Assembly (NCBI GenBank): GCA_000165425.1
Contig: CT868552.1
Coordinates: 248,001-312,000, forward strand
Direction of reading: 5' to 3'
DNA: 64,000 nt
Source: Paramecium tetraurelia
Lineage: Eukaryota
The translations under genes were made by a program, and so were the position numbers. The notes under the pieces are model-generated. The model was given only the letters and a program-made list of their open reading frames with translations. It ran no database searches and was not told where the DNA came from. Positions 38,151 to 50,661 of the stretch are shown one piece after another. Position 1 is the first letter of the stretch, and each line of letters starts with the position of its first letter.

Positions 38151-40538
38151 ATGTGGGATAGCAGATAAAAGAACAATCAAGATCTATTGGTTGTTAATGA
38201 GTTGTCAGAGTATTCTTCTGTTTCCCTAAAGAAAACTTTGTTATCAGGTTCTTAGAATCAAATCGAAATGATGCCATTAAAGCCAAAGCCTGTTCAGATT
38301 GTTCCTTTGAGTGAAGAATACGCTTATACAATGACTTAGCATATCCAATTGATAGGAGATTTAGCAGCAACTGATAAAACTGCGGTTTGCACTCAAAATT
38401 GGAAAGACGTAATTAATCTTAATAGTTGATAGACTGTTCGCAAACAATTCAATACTTAAACAATAACTCAATTTAAAACATCCTACTAAATTAATAGAGA
38501 AATATAATTGCTAACTTAAATAAAAAGGACTTATGTTAATTTGATGCCAATAATTGATCCACAAAGTTCCTTCCTCTCATATTGGAAAATCCCTGTATTG
38601 ATAATCACATTTGTAGTATTCATAGAAGTCCCACTAATAATATTTTTCGGAGATGACTTCTATTATACATTCCATAGTCCAACATATATATTCTTTAGAA
38701 GTGTAGTGATTGTACTAATATTAACATAAACATCATATAGCTGATTTTCATGATGGATATCTTCATAGAATTTCATGTGGCATTTTATAAATACGGAGCC
38801 TTGGTAAAAAATAGACGTAGAGTGGCTTTACATTATTTAATGGGTTCATTTACATTTGATTTTGTACCATTAATTGAAATTTTGATTACTACATTTTCCT
38901 ACACAATGGCGAATGTCTACACATTTCATTTACTATTCCTATTGAAAATGTACCCAGTTTATGAAATCGATCAACGATATCAAGATAAATTGTAGGTGTA
39001 TCCAAAATGGAAAAGTATATATATGATAGTGAGAATGATAATTGAGATTGTTTACTTGACCCATTTCTTCGGTTGCATCTTTTTTGGTACTGGCATGTAC
39101 ATGTTAAATCATTACGATAACCCAGATGAAGGCAAATACACTAATTCTTGGTTGACCTTTTCAAGTGGCAATTTTGGAACAATCCTCTATTACGATTGGA
39201 CAAAAAGATACATATTGTCAACATATTGGGCATTTGCAACTTTGACAACTGTTGCTTATGGTGACATCACACCAATGAATGAATTTGAAATCATAGTTGC
39301 TGAAGTGGCTATGATTGCTGCTGTCTTCTTGGTTGCTTTTAATGTAAATAACATTTAATAAACATTTGTTGATTACTTTGACGAAAAACGAAAATACAAT
39401 AAGGAAATAGTTGCAATTACTAAATTTATGCGATCCAAAAATGTTTCAGAAAAAACAGAGAAGGAAATTAGAAATTTCTTAGAGCACTATTTTAAAGAAA
39501 AGAGAAACAGGGATCAGTATTTAGAAGATCAGGTTTTCCAAAAATTGGCTCCTTAATTAAAGAACCGTCTAATGTATGAAGCCTATCAACCCTATTTATA
39601 TCAAGTCCCTTGGATTACCAACAATTTCTCAGATGATCTAATGCGAGAATTAAGTTAGGTTATGGAGGAAATTGATTATTCCAAAAAAGAAAATATCTTC
39701 TTAGATGGTGATGCAAATAGGGATGACAATGCCCTTTATTTTGTATAAATTGGACATATTGAAATCTTTGTTAATGTTCCTGAAACAGAAAAGCAAGAAG
39801 TCATTATGGCTCATTTAAAGTCAGGGGCAAGATTTGGCGATTATGCCTTTGTAACAGGATTACAACGAAAAGCGTCAGCCAGATCTAAGAAATATTCATA
39901 AGTAGTAAGATTGTCAAGAACAGACTTCATGGATAAGTTGAAGCTATTTCCATTGGATCACTAGCGTTACTGTTTCTTAAGAGATGAAATCATTTTCAAT
40001 AATGCATATTATGAACTAGGTATTGAATGTTTCACTTGTGGGTCTACTGATCATATGAGTATAGATTGCTCATTAACTCATTTGAGTATCGGTAAGGAAA
40101 TTATCAAAAGGGTTAGGAAAAGCATAGTTGAAAAGAAACTTAGGAAATTATCATTAAGTATTTGAATATATAATTCCCTAGATATATAATAAAACAGAAG
40201 CTACTAATTTTAAAGAAGTAAAAAACAGAAGGTCAGAATTATCAAAACTAAATAGCCAGAACAAGCAGAATTAGATGAATACAGCTCAATAATTAATAAG
40301 AAAATCTAATTTGAAGCCTTTTATAGTGAGAATTAGATCATTATTGAATGTAAGATCATCACAATATCATTTAGCCTTTACAATTGATAAGATTGATAAT
40401 TTTGTTAATTATTACCCTAATTTCAATATTGACTTTCTTATTAGTAAGAATAGGAAGAAGGAGAAACTCGTTTTTGCCAGAGAAGTTAGATAGAGAAGTG
40501 TAAGTTAAATCATCAGAAAGAGTGAAGCCATAATTTGA
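38151..40538 (+). CDS. Cyclic-nucleotide-binding-domain cation channel (KCNH/HCN/CNG-like) with CCHC knuckle
   Basis: IIDPQSSFLSYW, six TM segments, pore YWAFATLTTVAYGDITP, C-linker, CNBD FGDYAF..RKASA, CFTCGSTDHMSIDC. Confidence 0.93.
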
Positions 40539-40701
40539 TTTTTATGTTAACTAGTTTAATTCTAAATATTTAATTATTTTATTCTACAATCGCCATAGGC
40601 AATAATAATTTAGATTATTAAAACTATGGTTGATTATCTAATATTATTACTGCAAATAAATTTCATAATGAAATTGATTTATTTATTTAATTATATCATA
40701 A

Positions 40702-41170
40702 ATGGGGTGTGGAGCATAAAAGAATTCATAAGGTCTCAATGATAAGCTTAGAGCTAAAGCATTGGAAATATTTCGAAGAATTGACATCAATAATTCAGGT
40801 TCTATAGATAAAGATGAAACTTAAAAATTTTGGAAAACTAACTTTGCCAAAGTTAATACTTAAGCTTTATTCAATGCAGTTGATTTCGACAAGAGCGGAC
40901 AGATATCAGAGGATGAATGGATGGCATTTTGGGAAATTGTTAAAAAAAGTGGTTATACAGATAAAGAAATCTTTGAAGAAGTATTGAATGTTAAAATAAA
41001 AATAGCTAGATAATTTAATGGAAGGAAAGGCATGGGTGTAGTTCAGAAAAGTAGATGAGTTTGTTAAAAGAGATTTATAAAGAAAGAACAGTTAAGTTTA
41101 GGAAATAGTAAAATAGAATTCAAAGAGAAAGTCACTTGTTCAATAATAATAAAGCTTTCATCAGCAATGA
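40702..41170 (+). CDS. Small N-acylated EF-hand calcium-binding protein
   Basis: MGCG start; EF loops DINNSGSIDKDE and DFDKSGQISEDE; one intron. Confidence 0.9.
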
Positions 41171-41342
41171 ATTTATTATATATCTTCATAATTTTAAGTT
41201 ACTTATAATATAAATGCTGTAATTTTATTTTCCAAAATTATGAATATAAAATAGGGGGTATGAATTTAATTATATATAATTTTAGTTAATATAAAAGACG
41301 ACTAAATTGTTTAGTTGTCTCTTATATCTAAAGAGTCTTAGA

Positions 41343-42695
41343 TCAATCTTCCAAAAATTTCTCCTAGATTTAGATCATCTAATTTTAGATTGAAGTAACC
41401 TGTTGTTGATTGATTTCCATTTTCTAAATCAAATTATTACAATATACTTTGTAGATGTCCAATGATTTTGAATAATCATTGTACGCTTATTTGAAACGAC
41501 CTAATTCCTTATGGCAATCAGCACAGTTTCTTAAAGTAATGGCTAAATTGCCGTGCATTTCTCCACAAATTTAGGTATAAATTTTGATAGATTCTTAAAA
41601 ACAATTAACAGCCTCTTCATACTATTTTCTCTCATAATATGAACTTCCCAAATTATTTAATATTATTGCAATGCTTGCATGACTCTAACCATACAAATCT
41701 TATAAAATTTGCTATGATTTAATAAAATACCCTTCAAATTCATTGGAACTCTTGTTAATGGCCTTAATCTTTCCTAAAGAATGATAACAATCCGCAATAT
41801 CTTATGAGGAATTGCCCATAATTTTAATGTCTATTTCCAAACTTTGCATAATTAATTTTTCTGCTTTTTCTAAGTCTACATATTCATAAATAACAATTAC
41901 TTTCTGGAGTACTTTTCATTCTAAGGTACAAATTTCCTTTCAGATAAATAGATTTGGCTGTTTTAATATTCTCATAACCTAACTCATTAATCCATATAGT
42001 GATGGCTTAATCAATGAAGGTCATGGCATTTTCAATTTACCCCTCGTCTGAGAACAACTAAGCTAGTAAATGTAATGAATCAGCCACTTCCTAAAATGTT
42101 AATGAATTTTACTATTGAATTACTTGAATATAGGTCTTCTCTTATTTTGATGCTTTCAAGTAACATTTATTCAGCCAGATCATCTTGGAACATGAATCTA
42201 TAATAATTTCCCAACTATGTTAGAGTCAAGGCATAAACTTCGGTGTTGGTGAGATTATGTGAGATGAGCAATTGTCGAGCATAATCCAAAAATTTGAAAG
42301 TCTGTTCATAGTAGCAGCAATAGAAACAACATTTTCCTTCATTTAATTAGAATTCTTTAAATACCCATTTTGGCATAGGAATTACAGAGTCTCAGAATGT
42401 GATTTTTATTATTGGATGCCTTACATATGTCTTTGTCAATTTTAATCATTTTTATCAAATATTACATTGCTTAGTAAACTTAATTAATATCAATGAAAAT
42501 AGTAGCGAATCTCTCAAATATCTTGCTTTATAAAATCTAATCTTAATTATGCTTTACTAAGTCATCCTCTAGAATTTCTTCTGGGTTAATATTTTTGTCA
42601 TTGAGTTAGGTTTAGAGTTGTGTAAGTTTTTCGATGCCCTTTTAAAAGTTTTGTTTTTTGATGAGGATGTCTATTTCTTTTAGTTAATCTTCCAT
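41343..42695 (-). CDS. Tetratricopeptide repeat protein (kinesin-light-chain/NPHP3-type TPRs)
   Basis: YALTLTQLGNYY..ESIKIRR; HASIAIILNNLGSSYYERKQYEEAVNCFQESIKI; HGNLAITLRNCA. Confidence 0.85.
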
Positions 42696-42774
42696 TTCTG
42701 TGATGAAATAAATTTTATTAAAACCAAAGTAACAAAATGTAATTAAACTCTATTAATACATAAATAATATTTAA

Positions 42775-43959
42775 TCAATAATTTTTGTAATTTGATAGTT
42801 CGAAATTAAGGTCATCGATTTCTGTTAATAAGTTTTCTGAAAAGCTAGATTTATCTTAGACTTTATTTTATGAAAGTAATTTCATAAGGAAGGTAGAAAT
42901 CTTTTGGTTATGAATTTCTGTAATTAGACTCATTAAAATATGATTATTATCCGAATAGTGGATGTCTTTATGACTCAAAACTTTTTGGGTAATCCTAAAT
43001 TAAATTATATATGTACAATTAAAGAAATACTAAGCCACAGTCAAAGTAGTCTTTATCTTGATTAGCATTTCGATAAGTTTAAGTATTTAATTCTGAATAA
43101 TCCTTTGTGGTTTTTGAAAAATAAGAATCGCCAGCAATAACTGATTAATTTTTCAACTAAGATTTGCCAAAGTCGACTAGGGTTATTTGATTCATCAATG
43201 AATAATAATATATGTTTTCTAATTTGATATTCTAATGGGAGTATCCTTCCATTTTGATAAATTTAACCACTCTTAATAATTCCTATTCATTACATCATTT
43301 ATTTACCTTCATAATATTATACATCTATTGATTGTCTAGAACGTTGTTCTTAATGCAAATATCGAGTGGGTGGCCTTCGAATAGATCATAAATTATATAA
43401 TTATGATTGGCTTCTATATAATATTCTCTAATTTTGGGTAAATTCTTGTGTTTTAAAAATTAGAGAGCTAAGACTTCATTTGTGAATTCCTATTGATAGA
43501 TAAAATGAATACTTATTCTAATTCTGGTCTGCCTTGCTTAAAAATTTTGCATGTGACCAATTCTTCATTTTGGAGATTTCTCATGCGTACAATCTACAAT
43601 ATAGAACTACAGTTTACAGATCCAAAATTTCCGTTTGAGATGATTTTTGCTATCTTGAAATGATTATTGATTCCTTAGAAGCAAACTTTTCCACTTAAAA
43701 ATTCCTTCAACATCATTCCCTAAGAGGGATCTATCTTGTAGATTCTGCTCTTCCGATTGTCAAATAACTCGAATTGTCCTATATCAGAAATGTCGCATTT
43801 TGACCACTTAAATCTAGGCTGAAAGGAGTTAAGTTTTATTATTTCAATTTCATTTTCCTACATAATATAGAGATATACATTCTATAAATGAACCTCGTCT
43901 TTTAACATAAAAATACTGTATTTCTAGGATGAAAAGAACCTATATTTATAGCAGATCAT
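42775..43959 (-). CDS. Protein kinase-like protein, probable pseudokinase
   Basis: ISNGNFGS, VTCK, FTNEV, HKNLPKI, HQNIKLEN (catalytic Asp replaced by Asn), LVDFG, DYFDCG. Confidence 0.85.
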
Positions 43960-44354
43960 CCAAATATTTTATTTTAAGATATTATATAAATAAATTTCCA
44001 TTAATAACTAAATAAGATCATATATTATCAGTTTTTATTTGTTTTTATTATTGATAGAGATGATTTTACTTTTCAAACATATTACGGAGTAGCAGTAATT
44101 ATCATTAAATCATAATTATTTCTGTTTTAATTTTTATAATGTAATCAAATTCCATCTTAAGTGGATAATATTAATATATTTTAATTATAGACAATTGTAA
44201 AATGAGAGAAAAATCTAGAACAATCTCTCCATTTTCTTAATAATTATGTGATGGTTCTGTAAATTAAATTGTATTATTCAGATTATCTGCATGAATTGAG
44301 AATGAAAAATAACTATCAGAACTCTACAATATTTATAATTATTATATTAAATAA

Positions 44355-46871
44355 ATGTGTTGTTCAAGGAAATAAAAAACTAACAATTAAAGAGAAGAAA
44401 TCAATAAATTGGGAAAACTTACTAGACTTACAGAAATTGAACTGATAGAATTAAAAACTAGATTTGCTAGAATGTCCCAAGGTTCTAATTTTGTAACTAA
44501 GTTTTAATTTCGAGATAATCTTGGCTTACTTGGCATGGGAACTATGCTACATTTATCAGATAGAATCTTCCACATAATGGATGACGATAAGGATGGTAAG
44601 GTATGAATTTAAATGGAAATCTCTCTAGATTCGATTCGAAGATTTTGCCCTTTATTTTGATAAAGTGAGTCATGGAGATGCCAGGGAAAAAGCAGAAATA
44701 AGTTTTAAGTTGATTGATAAGAATAAGATTGGAAGTTTTACATCGACTGAATTTAATGATACTATGTAAGGAGTGATTAATAGTTGGATAGCCATGACTG
44801 GATAAAATCTAACGAGCGAAACCAAGAAACAAATTGATCAAAGAATCAAATTAATATTCTCAACCATGGATGTGGACAAGGCTGATAGAGTTACACTATA
44901 ACAATATCAAGATTCCGTAGTGGCAGATCCAGCACTCTTAGAAATATTTGACTTTGCTAGAAGGGGTGTCACTCTTGAATCCATAGATTATAGTATATAT
45001 CAACAATAGAAGTATGTTTAGAATATAGAAAAAAAGTTGGATCAATTACTAGAATTTATGAAATAAGACAATAAAAAATAGGAAAAAGAGCTCCCTCATT
45101 TTGTGTAAGGAACTGTTGAATAAGAATAAAAATTAAGAAATAGTCAGGTTGACAATCTCCATTCCCCTATCATTAGTCTCTTTAAATATGATAGTGAAGA
45201 AAACAATCATAATAACAATAATGATCATCAAGGCATTAATAAATTCTTTGCTTCAGATCAAATTCCATCAGTCAATTATAATCAATTTAATGAATTATCA
45301 ATTGAACATCTAAAAAATGATTAAAATCAAGATTTCTCATTTTATGCATAATCAAAACCTAAAAGGAAATTTAAAGCATTATTTCAACAAATCCCATAGA
45401 AACAAATTGAGGGAGACAATCAAGATCCTCTCGAAGAAGATCAGTTTTATAACACTGAAAAGAGTTTTGAAAGTGATCATGATTAAGATGAATCTAATTA
45501 ATTTGTAGAACAAATGACCACTGATTAACTCAAAGAAAAGTACAAATCGATGATTACATATGTAACAGATATCAGCAAGGAAGTGTAAAGATTGAGAGAA
45601 TTGATAGATCAAAATCAAATCAAATAGTAGAAAATGGATATCATCGATTAGATTAATGAATAAAGATTGCATACAATTATCAATGTACCAAGAAAGACAT
45701 AATCAATCAAAAATTAAAAACAAACTAAAAAACCAAAAATCAGTGTATCATTCGGACATGAAAACTTTAATTTGGTTTTGAATATGATGATAGGCATTCA
45801 GATGGCAGTGAGCAGTATCAATGTAGCTGACGATTATGAAGTAGGTCCAAAGGATTTTAAATTAAAATATTATTTCGAACTCCTACCAAGAAGAGCTTAA
45901 GGCGATAAAAGCTCATTTAAAGTATGCTAATTCTTTGATTATGCTCCACGAGTATTCAATAGTATTAGAACTATATACGGGATAGACAACCATTAGTATC
46001 TTAAAAGTATAGGACCAGAATCTATATTACAATCTTTAATCAAGGGAGATTTATCTTGTTTATAAGAATTGACATCAACAGGAAAGAGTGGAAGTTTCTT
46101 CTATTATACTGCAGATGGGCAATTCACTTTGAAAACTATTCATCATCAAGAGTTCAGATTCTTAAAGTAAATCATGAGAAATTACTATTATCATCTCAAA
46201 AACTACCCAGAAACACTCATCATAAAGTAATATAAACATTTAAATAAGATTATTTGGAATGCATAAGATTGGAATAAAATATTAGACTATGTTGAGGGAA
46301 AAGGTTATTTATTTTGTGATAATGAGCAATGTCTTCTCGACTAATCAAGAGATTAATGTGAGGTATGACTTAAAAGGTTCGACTTATGGAAGATATACTA
46401 TTGATAAGTAATAACTATTTATTTATTGTAAGTGATCCAACTGTTGCCAGAAAAGATCTAAATTTCTTAGAAGACAAAGAAAAAAATATGAGATTGAATA
46501 TCAATAAGAATAAATCAATGCTATTCTTTAATTAATTAGAAAAGGATTGTAAATTCTTTGAAGATAATGATATTATTGATTATAGTCTTTTGTTAGGTTT
46601 ACATGCCAAAGGGAACAAACAACTTGATAATGAGTCTTCTGTATATTCAGAAAATCCCTAACTTGATAATTTTAGTAAGATGGTAACTGTTGATAATCAA
46701 TACACATTGCATATAGGGATAATTGATATTTTAACAAATTTCAGCACAAAGAAGAAGCTTGAATTTTTATCAAAGAGAGTAATATATGGACCAACTATAT
46801 CAGCCATACCTCCAAGAGATTATGCTGAACGATTTCTAAAGTTTTTAAAGGATCATTTATTTGCAAATTGA
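44355..46871 (+). CDS. Phosphatidylinositol-4-phosphate 5-kinase with N-terminal NCS/calcineurin-B-like EF-hand domain
   Basis: EF region DRIFHIMDDDKDGKIRFEDF, KAEISFKLID. Kinase region FFDYAPRVF, STGKSGSFFY, FTLKTI, RYDLKGS, KDLNF, IIDYSLLLG, GIIDILT, ISAIPPRDYAERF. Confidence 0.95.
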
Positions 46872-46883
46872 AAAAATTATTAC

Positions 46884-47972
46884 TCATTCATTTAAACTAC
46901 TTATAACTCTACCCAAGACCATCGATGTTTATCTAACCTATCGTGATATCAACGATAAAGGTCCCAATTTTTATTCTATAGTATCAATTTCATCGTGAAT
47001 TTTAAATCTTTGCATAGACATTGTCTATACAGACAACTTTTGTTCTTCATTAGGCATATTCATCGAATGTTAGATTTTAAGAATTTATTCGGTTTCCTTT
47101 TGGATCTATCAAAATAATAGGATTAATTACATTATCACTGATCCGGTTGATGGAATGAATCTCATTTGACAATAAAAGATTTTCAATTGTGTCAGTTAAA
47201 TATACAAGATCATCATAAAGGGTCAGGTCAAATTTGTCAACAATTTTCTATTCTCCATTTATGTACTAGATCTCTCTCACACAACATAATTTGCTGATTT
47301 CAGAGAATTCCACTAATTCCTCTCCATTTTGCTTAAGGATTATTTTCCTGAGACTTTTTTTTAAGCCTATAAGTTACTTAATTACTTAAAACAATTTCCT
47401 CTCGTTATTTATGTATTTCTTTAATAAATATCAAGTCATACTTTAAGATTATCTAAACTATAGACGAGTGCAAAGATTTGCTAACTAAATTTGATGTAGG
47501 ATTGAGATTGAGGATTCCTGATACTGGATACTAATGCAAGAGATTTTTTGGAAGAGCCTTCTTTTACTTTTTTAAACTTAACATCGCCGTATTATACTAT
47601 TTCAGTTTCAGTTCTGACCTTCTTATATTTATTTTGTTTTTAGGTATTTTTCTAAGATCTTAATGTATTCAAATGGTCTAAGTAATCTTTGATAGTTTTC
47701 TCATCACTGTATACTGTTCTAATTGTTAGGTTCTGTTTATAAGTTGTTTCCTTAGGAGACGTCTTATTTATAACAGGAAAAGTGATATCAGTTTTATTAG
47801 CTTACATTTCTACAGTTGGTTAATGTTTGTCCACACTCAATTTTTGATCTTTTTATGTTTTTTGTTAGGTTCTCAAAGTTGTGATTGAGTTGGATTTTTA
47901 ATTTTTGAAAGGGATAGTTTCATTTAGTTTGAAATTAGGTAGTATTAGATGATGCTTTAATATTAAGCTCAT
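46884..47972 (-). CDS. Hypothetical basic low-complexity protein
   Basis: MSLILKHHLILPNFK... to ...VISSLNE-TGA, open in code 6 with at least one tiny intron. No recognisable domain. Confidence 0.6.
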
Positions 47973-48030
47973 TAATTATATTAAAATGATTTTGGATTTC
48001 CCTGATAATCTAAATTCTAGTCAATCCATC

Positions 48031-48523
48031 ATGCCTGAGAAATAAACAAAAGACTGGCATTCAGAATTGAAATTCTTGCATTACTTCCCAAAAAATAAGT
48101 GCTTTGGAAAAGAGGAGCAAGAAATCACCAGAAATATTAAGACTATTGAAACACATTACAAAGTATTCATCACTGTATAAATAGTAAAAAGTATAAGAAA
48201 TGGTATCGTAATTACTCACAGACGAACAAGGCACCTTGAATATCATACCTAAAAAAGCAAACATAGATTTGAAGAGAGCAATCCAACCTAAATTAGATAA
48301 ATTGAAGAAAAAAACAGAAAGAGCCATTGTGGATGTATTAAGTATCTATTTGATATAAAATAAAGATGAGAGATTTTTAAAGAAAGAAGTTGAAAAAAAA
48401 GAGGAAATCATTGAACCATAAACTACAACCATTGCTCAACCAATTAAGGAAATAATTAATGTCTATGATAAAGAAATTGAATTTGATGATGAGGACTATG
48501 ATGATGATTACGAAACATTATGA
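48031..48523 (+). CDS. CWF18: Splicing factor Cwf18/CCDC12-like
   Basis: ELKFLHYFP and NIIPKKANIDLKRAIQPKLDKLKKKTERAI match the Cwf18 motifs LKFRNYxP and LAPKKPxWDLKR...KRTxRAI. Confidence 0.8.
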
Positions 48524-48751
48524 TTAATTTTATTAATTACAATAATCCTAAAACTCAAGTATTTTTAAATATTTCATTCATCAAAATTAAATATATCAAC
48601 CACTTCTCTTAGAGTAAATTTTAAATTAAATTACTTCGAATTCAAAAATTACAATACTTATAGGATAAGCAATAAAACCTCTCGAATTGTATATGGGTCT
48701 TAGTTTGTCATTAATTTCTCATATTCATTTATACTCTTATTAATTTTATAA

Positions 48752-49423
48752 ATGAGTTCTTAATTAGAAAAAAAATTGTATTACAAGATTGCCTACGAAT
48801 AAAATAATGTAGTTGAATTGTAACGATAAATTCGGCCTCAAATACCATAAATTGTAAATCATGAGGAAGATTTCTCTGGATTTGATGAGAATAATGTAAA
48901 GGCAATAATATTTCTAGATTCACAAAAAACTGTGGGATGAATAAAAGTTCGAATAGATACATATTCCCGAGGATGATAAAGTCACAAATGCAGATATATG
49001 TGAATTAATGTATTAACTATTACCTAAAACGCTTGGTGTATTAGAATTTTTTAAGTAAAGAGAAGAAGATATCATAAATACAAAATTTTGGAATCTCGTG
49101 AGCAATTTCGAATCCATATTGAATGAATCTTAAGAATAACTATAATTAGATGTAGCAAATCTGTAATAGGGAACAATTATATAAGTATAACCATAATAGA
49201 AAGAATTAACATTGTAAACACCTTAAGAAAATACATAAAAATAGTAATAATAACAATAAGAAAATAAATAATCAGAATAAGATAAATAAAAATAGTTAGA
49301 ACAAATTTATTATGAACAATTATAATAAAATAAATAAAAATAAGGGAAATTAACATCTGCAGAATAGTAATAAAAGGATGAATTAACATCGGGATAATAA
49401 TAATAATAAGAACTCACATCTGG

Positions 49424-49490
<67 letters not shown>

Positions 49491-49649
49491 GAGCTCACAT
49501 CTGGAGTTGAATCATTAAATAAAAATGAAAAAAATTAGAACGAAGAAATATATTTTTATAAATAGGGAACATAATAGAATAATAATTGTCAAATGAGTTC
49601 AAAAAATGTTCCAACTTAAGATGAATTTGGAAATCCTTCTACATAATGA
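48752..49649 (+). CDS. Hypothetical polyglutamine protein with ELTSG repeats
   Basis: MSSQLEKKLYY..|22-nt intron|IHKKLWDE...ELTSG-Q5-ELTSG-Q22-ELTSG...GNPSTQ-TGA. Confidence 0.75.
49425..49490 (+). repeat. Perfect (TAA)22 microsatellite encoding polyQ
   Basis: 22 uninterrupted TAA triplets, in frame within the 48752-49649 ORF. Confidence 0.97.
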
Positions 49650-50661
49650 GATAAAAATGATACAGTTTAATCCACATTTAAGTAAATATTCTATCTTACC
49701 TTTAAATTAAATCTTTATTAGATATCTATATTATTGTCGATTATACTATTTTGAAGGACAACTTAATTAAATTTTAATTAAATTCTATTGAAAATTTAAT
49801 TTATATCATTAAAAGATACTAATTTGATCCTCTTCTATTTCTTTTGAGTAATTATTAATCTCACTTATAAATATATTTACAACTGATATCTTAATAATGT
49901 CTAGACATTTGGTAAAGATAAATTTGATAATTTTTATAATACACCTATTTTTAATGCTTACTCCTCCCATTTTAGAATGGCTCATTTTTATAGTTTTCTT
50001 AAAGCAGGTTAAACATTTAAAATATTTAATTTAATTTTCTTCTTAAATTTACAATATTCCTCAATAGAATAATTACTTTTAAGAAGGTCAAATTAAAAAT
50101 TATTTATATGAATTTCTAAAGAATATTACAAAAGTAGTATTCAAATTTCCTACACTTTTTTGAAATACATCAGTTTACACCTTCTTCCTATGTACCTATT
50201 TTTAACTTGCAGAAATATTTACAATAAATCTTAGATAAAATTTATTTCTCATTCCAACCTGTAAATTTTTGAATATGATAGAACCAATATAAATCTAGAG
50301 CTCAAATGGATTCTTAAAATAATTGATAATTTTTATGTTTGGGCAAATTAAAATGATCACTTAGGAATTAGAGAATATCAAATAATCCAATTTTCTTTAT
50401 ATTTTTTCAAATTAAGCGCTTTTTAATTAGATTTGCAATAAAATTCTTTTAATAGATCATAGCAAAGCGAACTTATGCGACAATTACATATCATTAATTA
50501 GAATTAGTAAATACATATGAAGAAAAACTTAGGTATTTCTAATAGTAAGTATTAATTTGATTTTTCAATTATATTTGATTAGATTAATTATATTTTATTC
50601 TTAAAATATGTGTTTTCGTAGAAGTATTATTTATTAAAATAATTGAATATTTTAAATTGAA

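Noticed and set aside
49310..49498. Poly-tyrosine ORF on the minus strand in the ORF track
   Set aside because: It is the antisense reading of the (TAA)n polyQ tract of the plus-strand gene.
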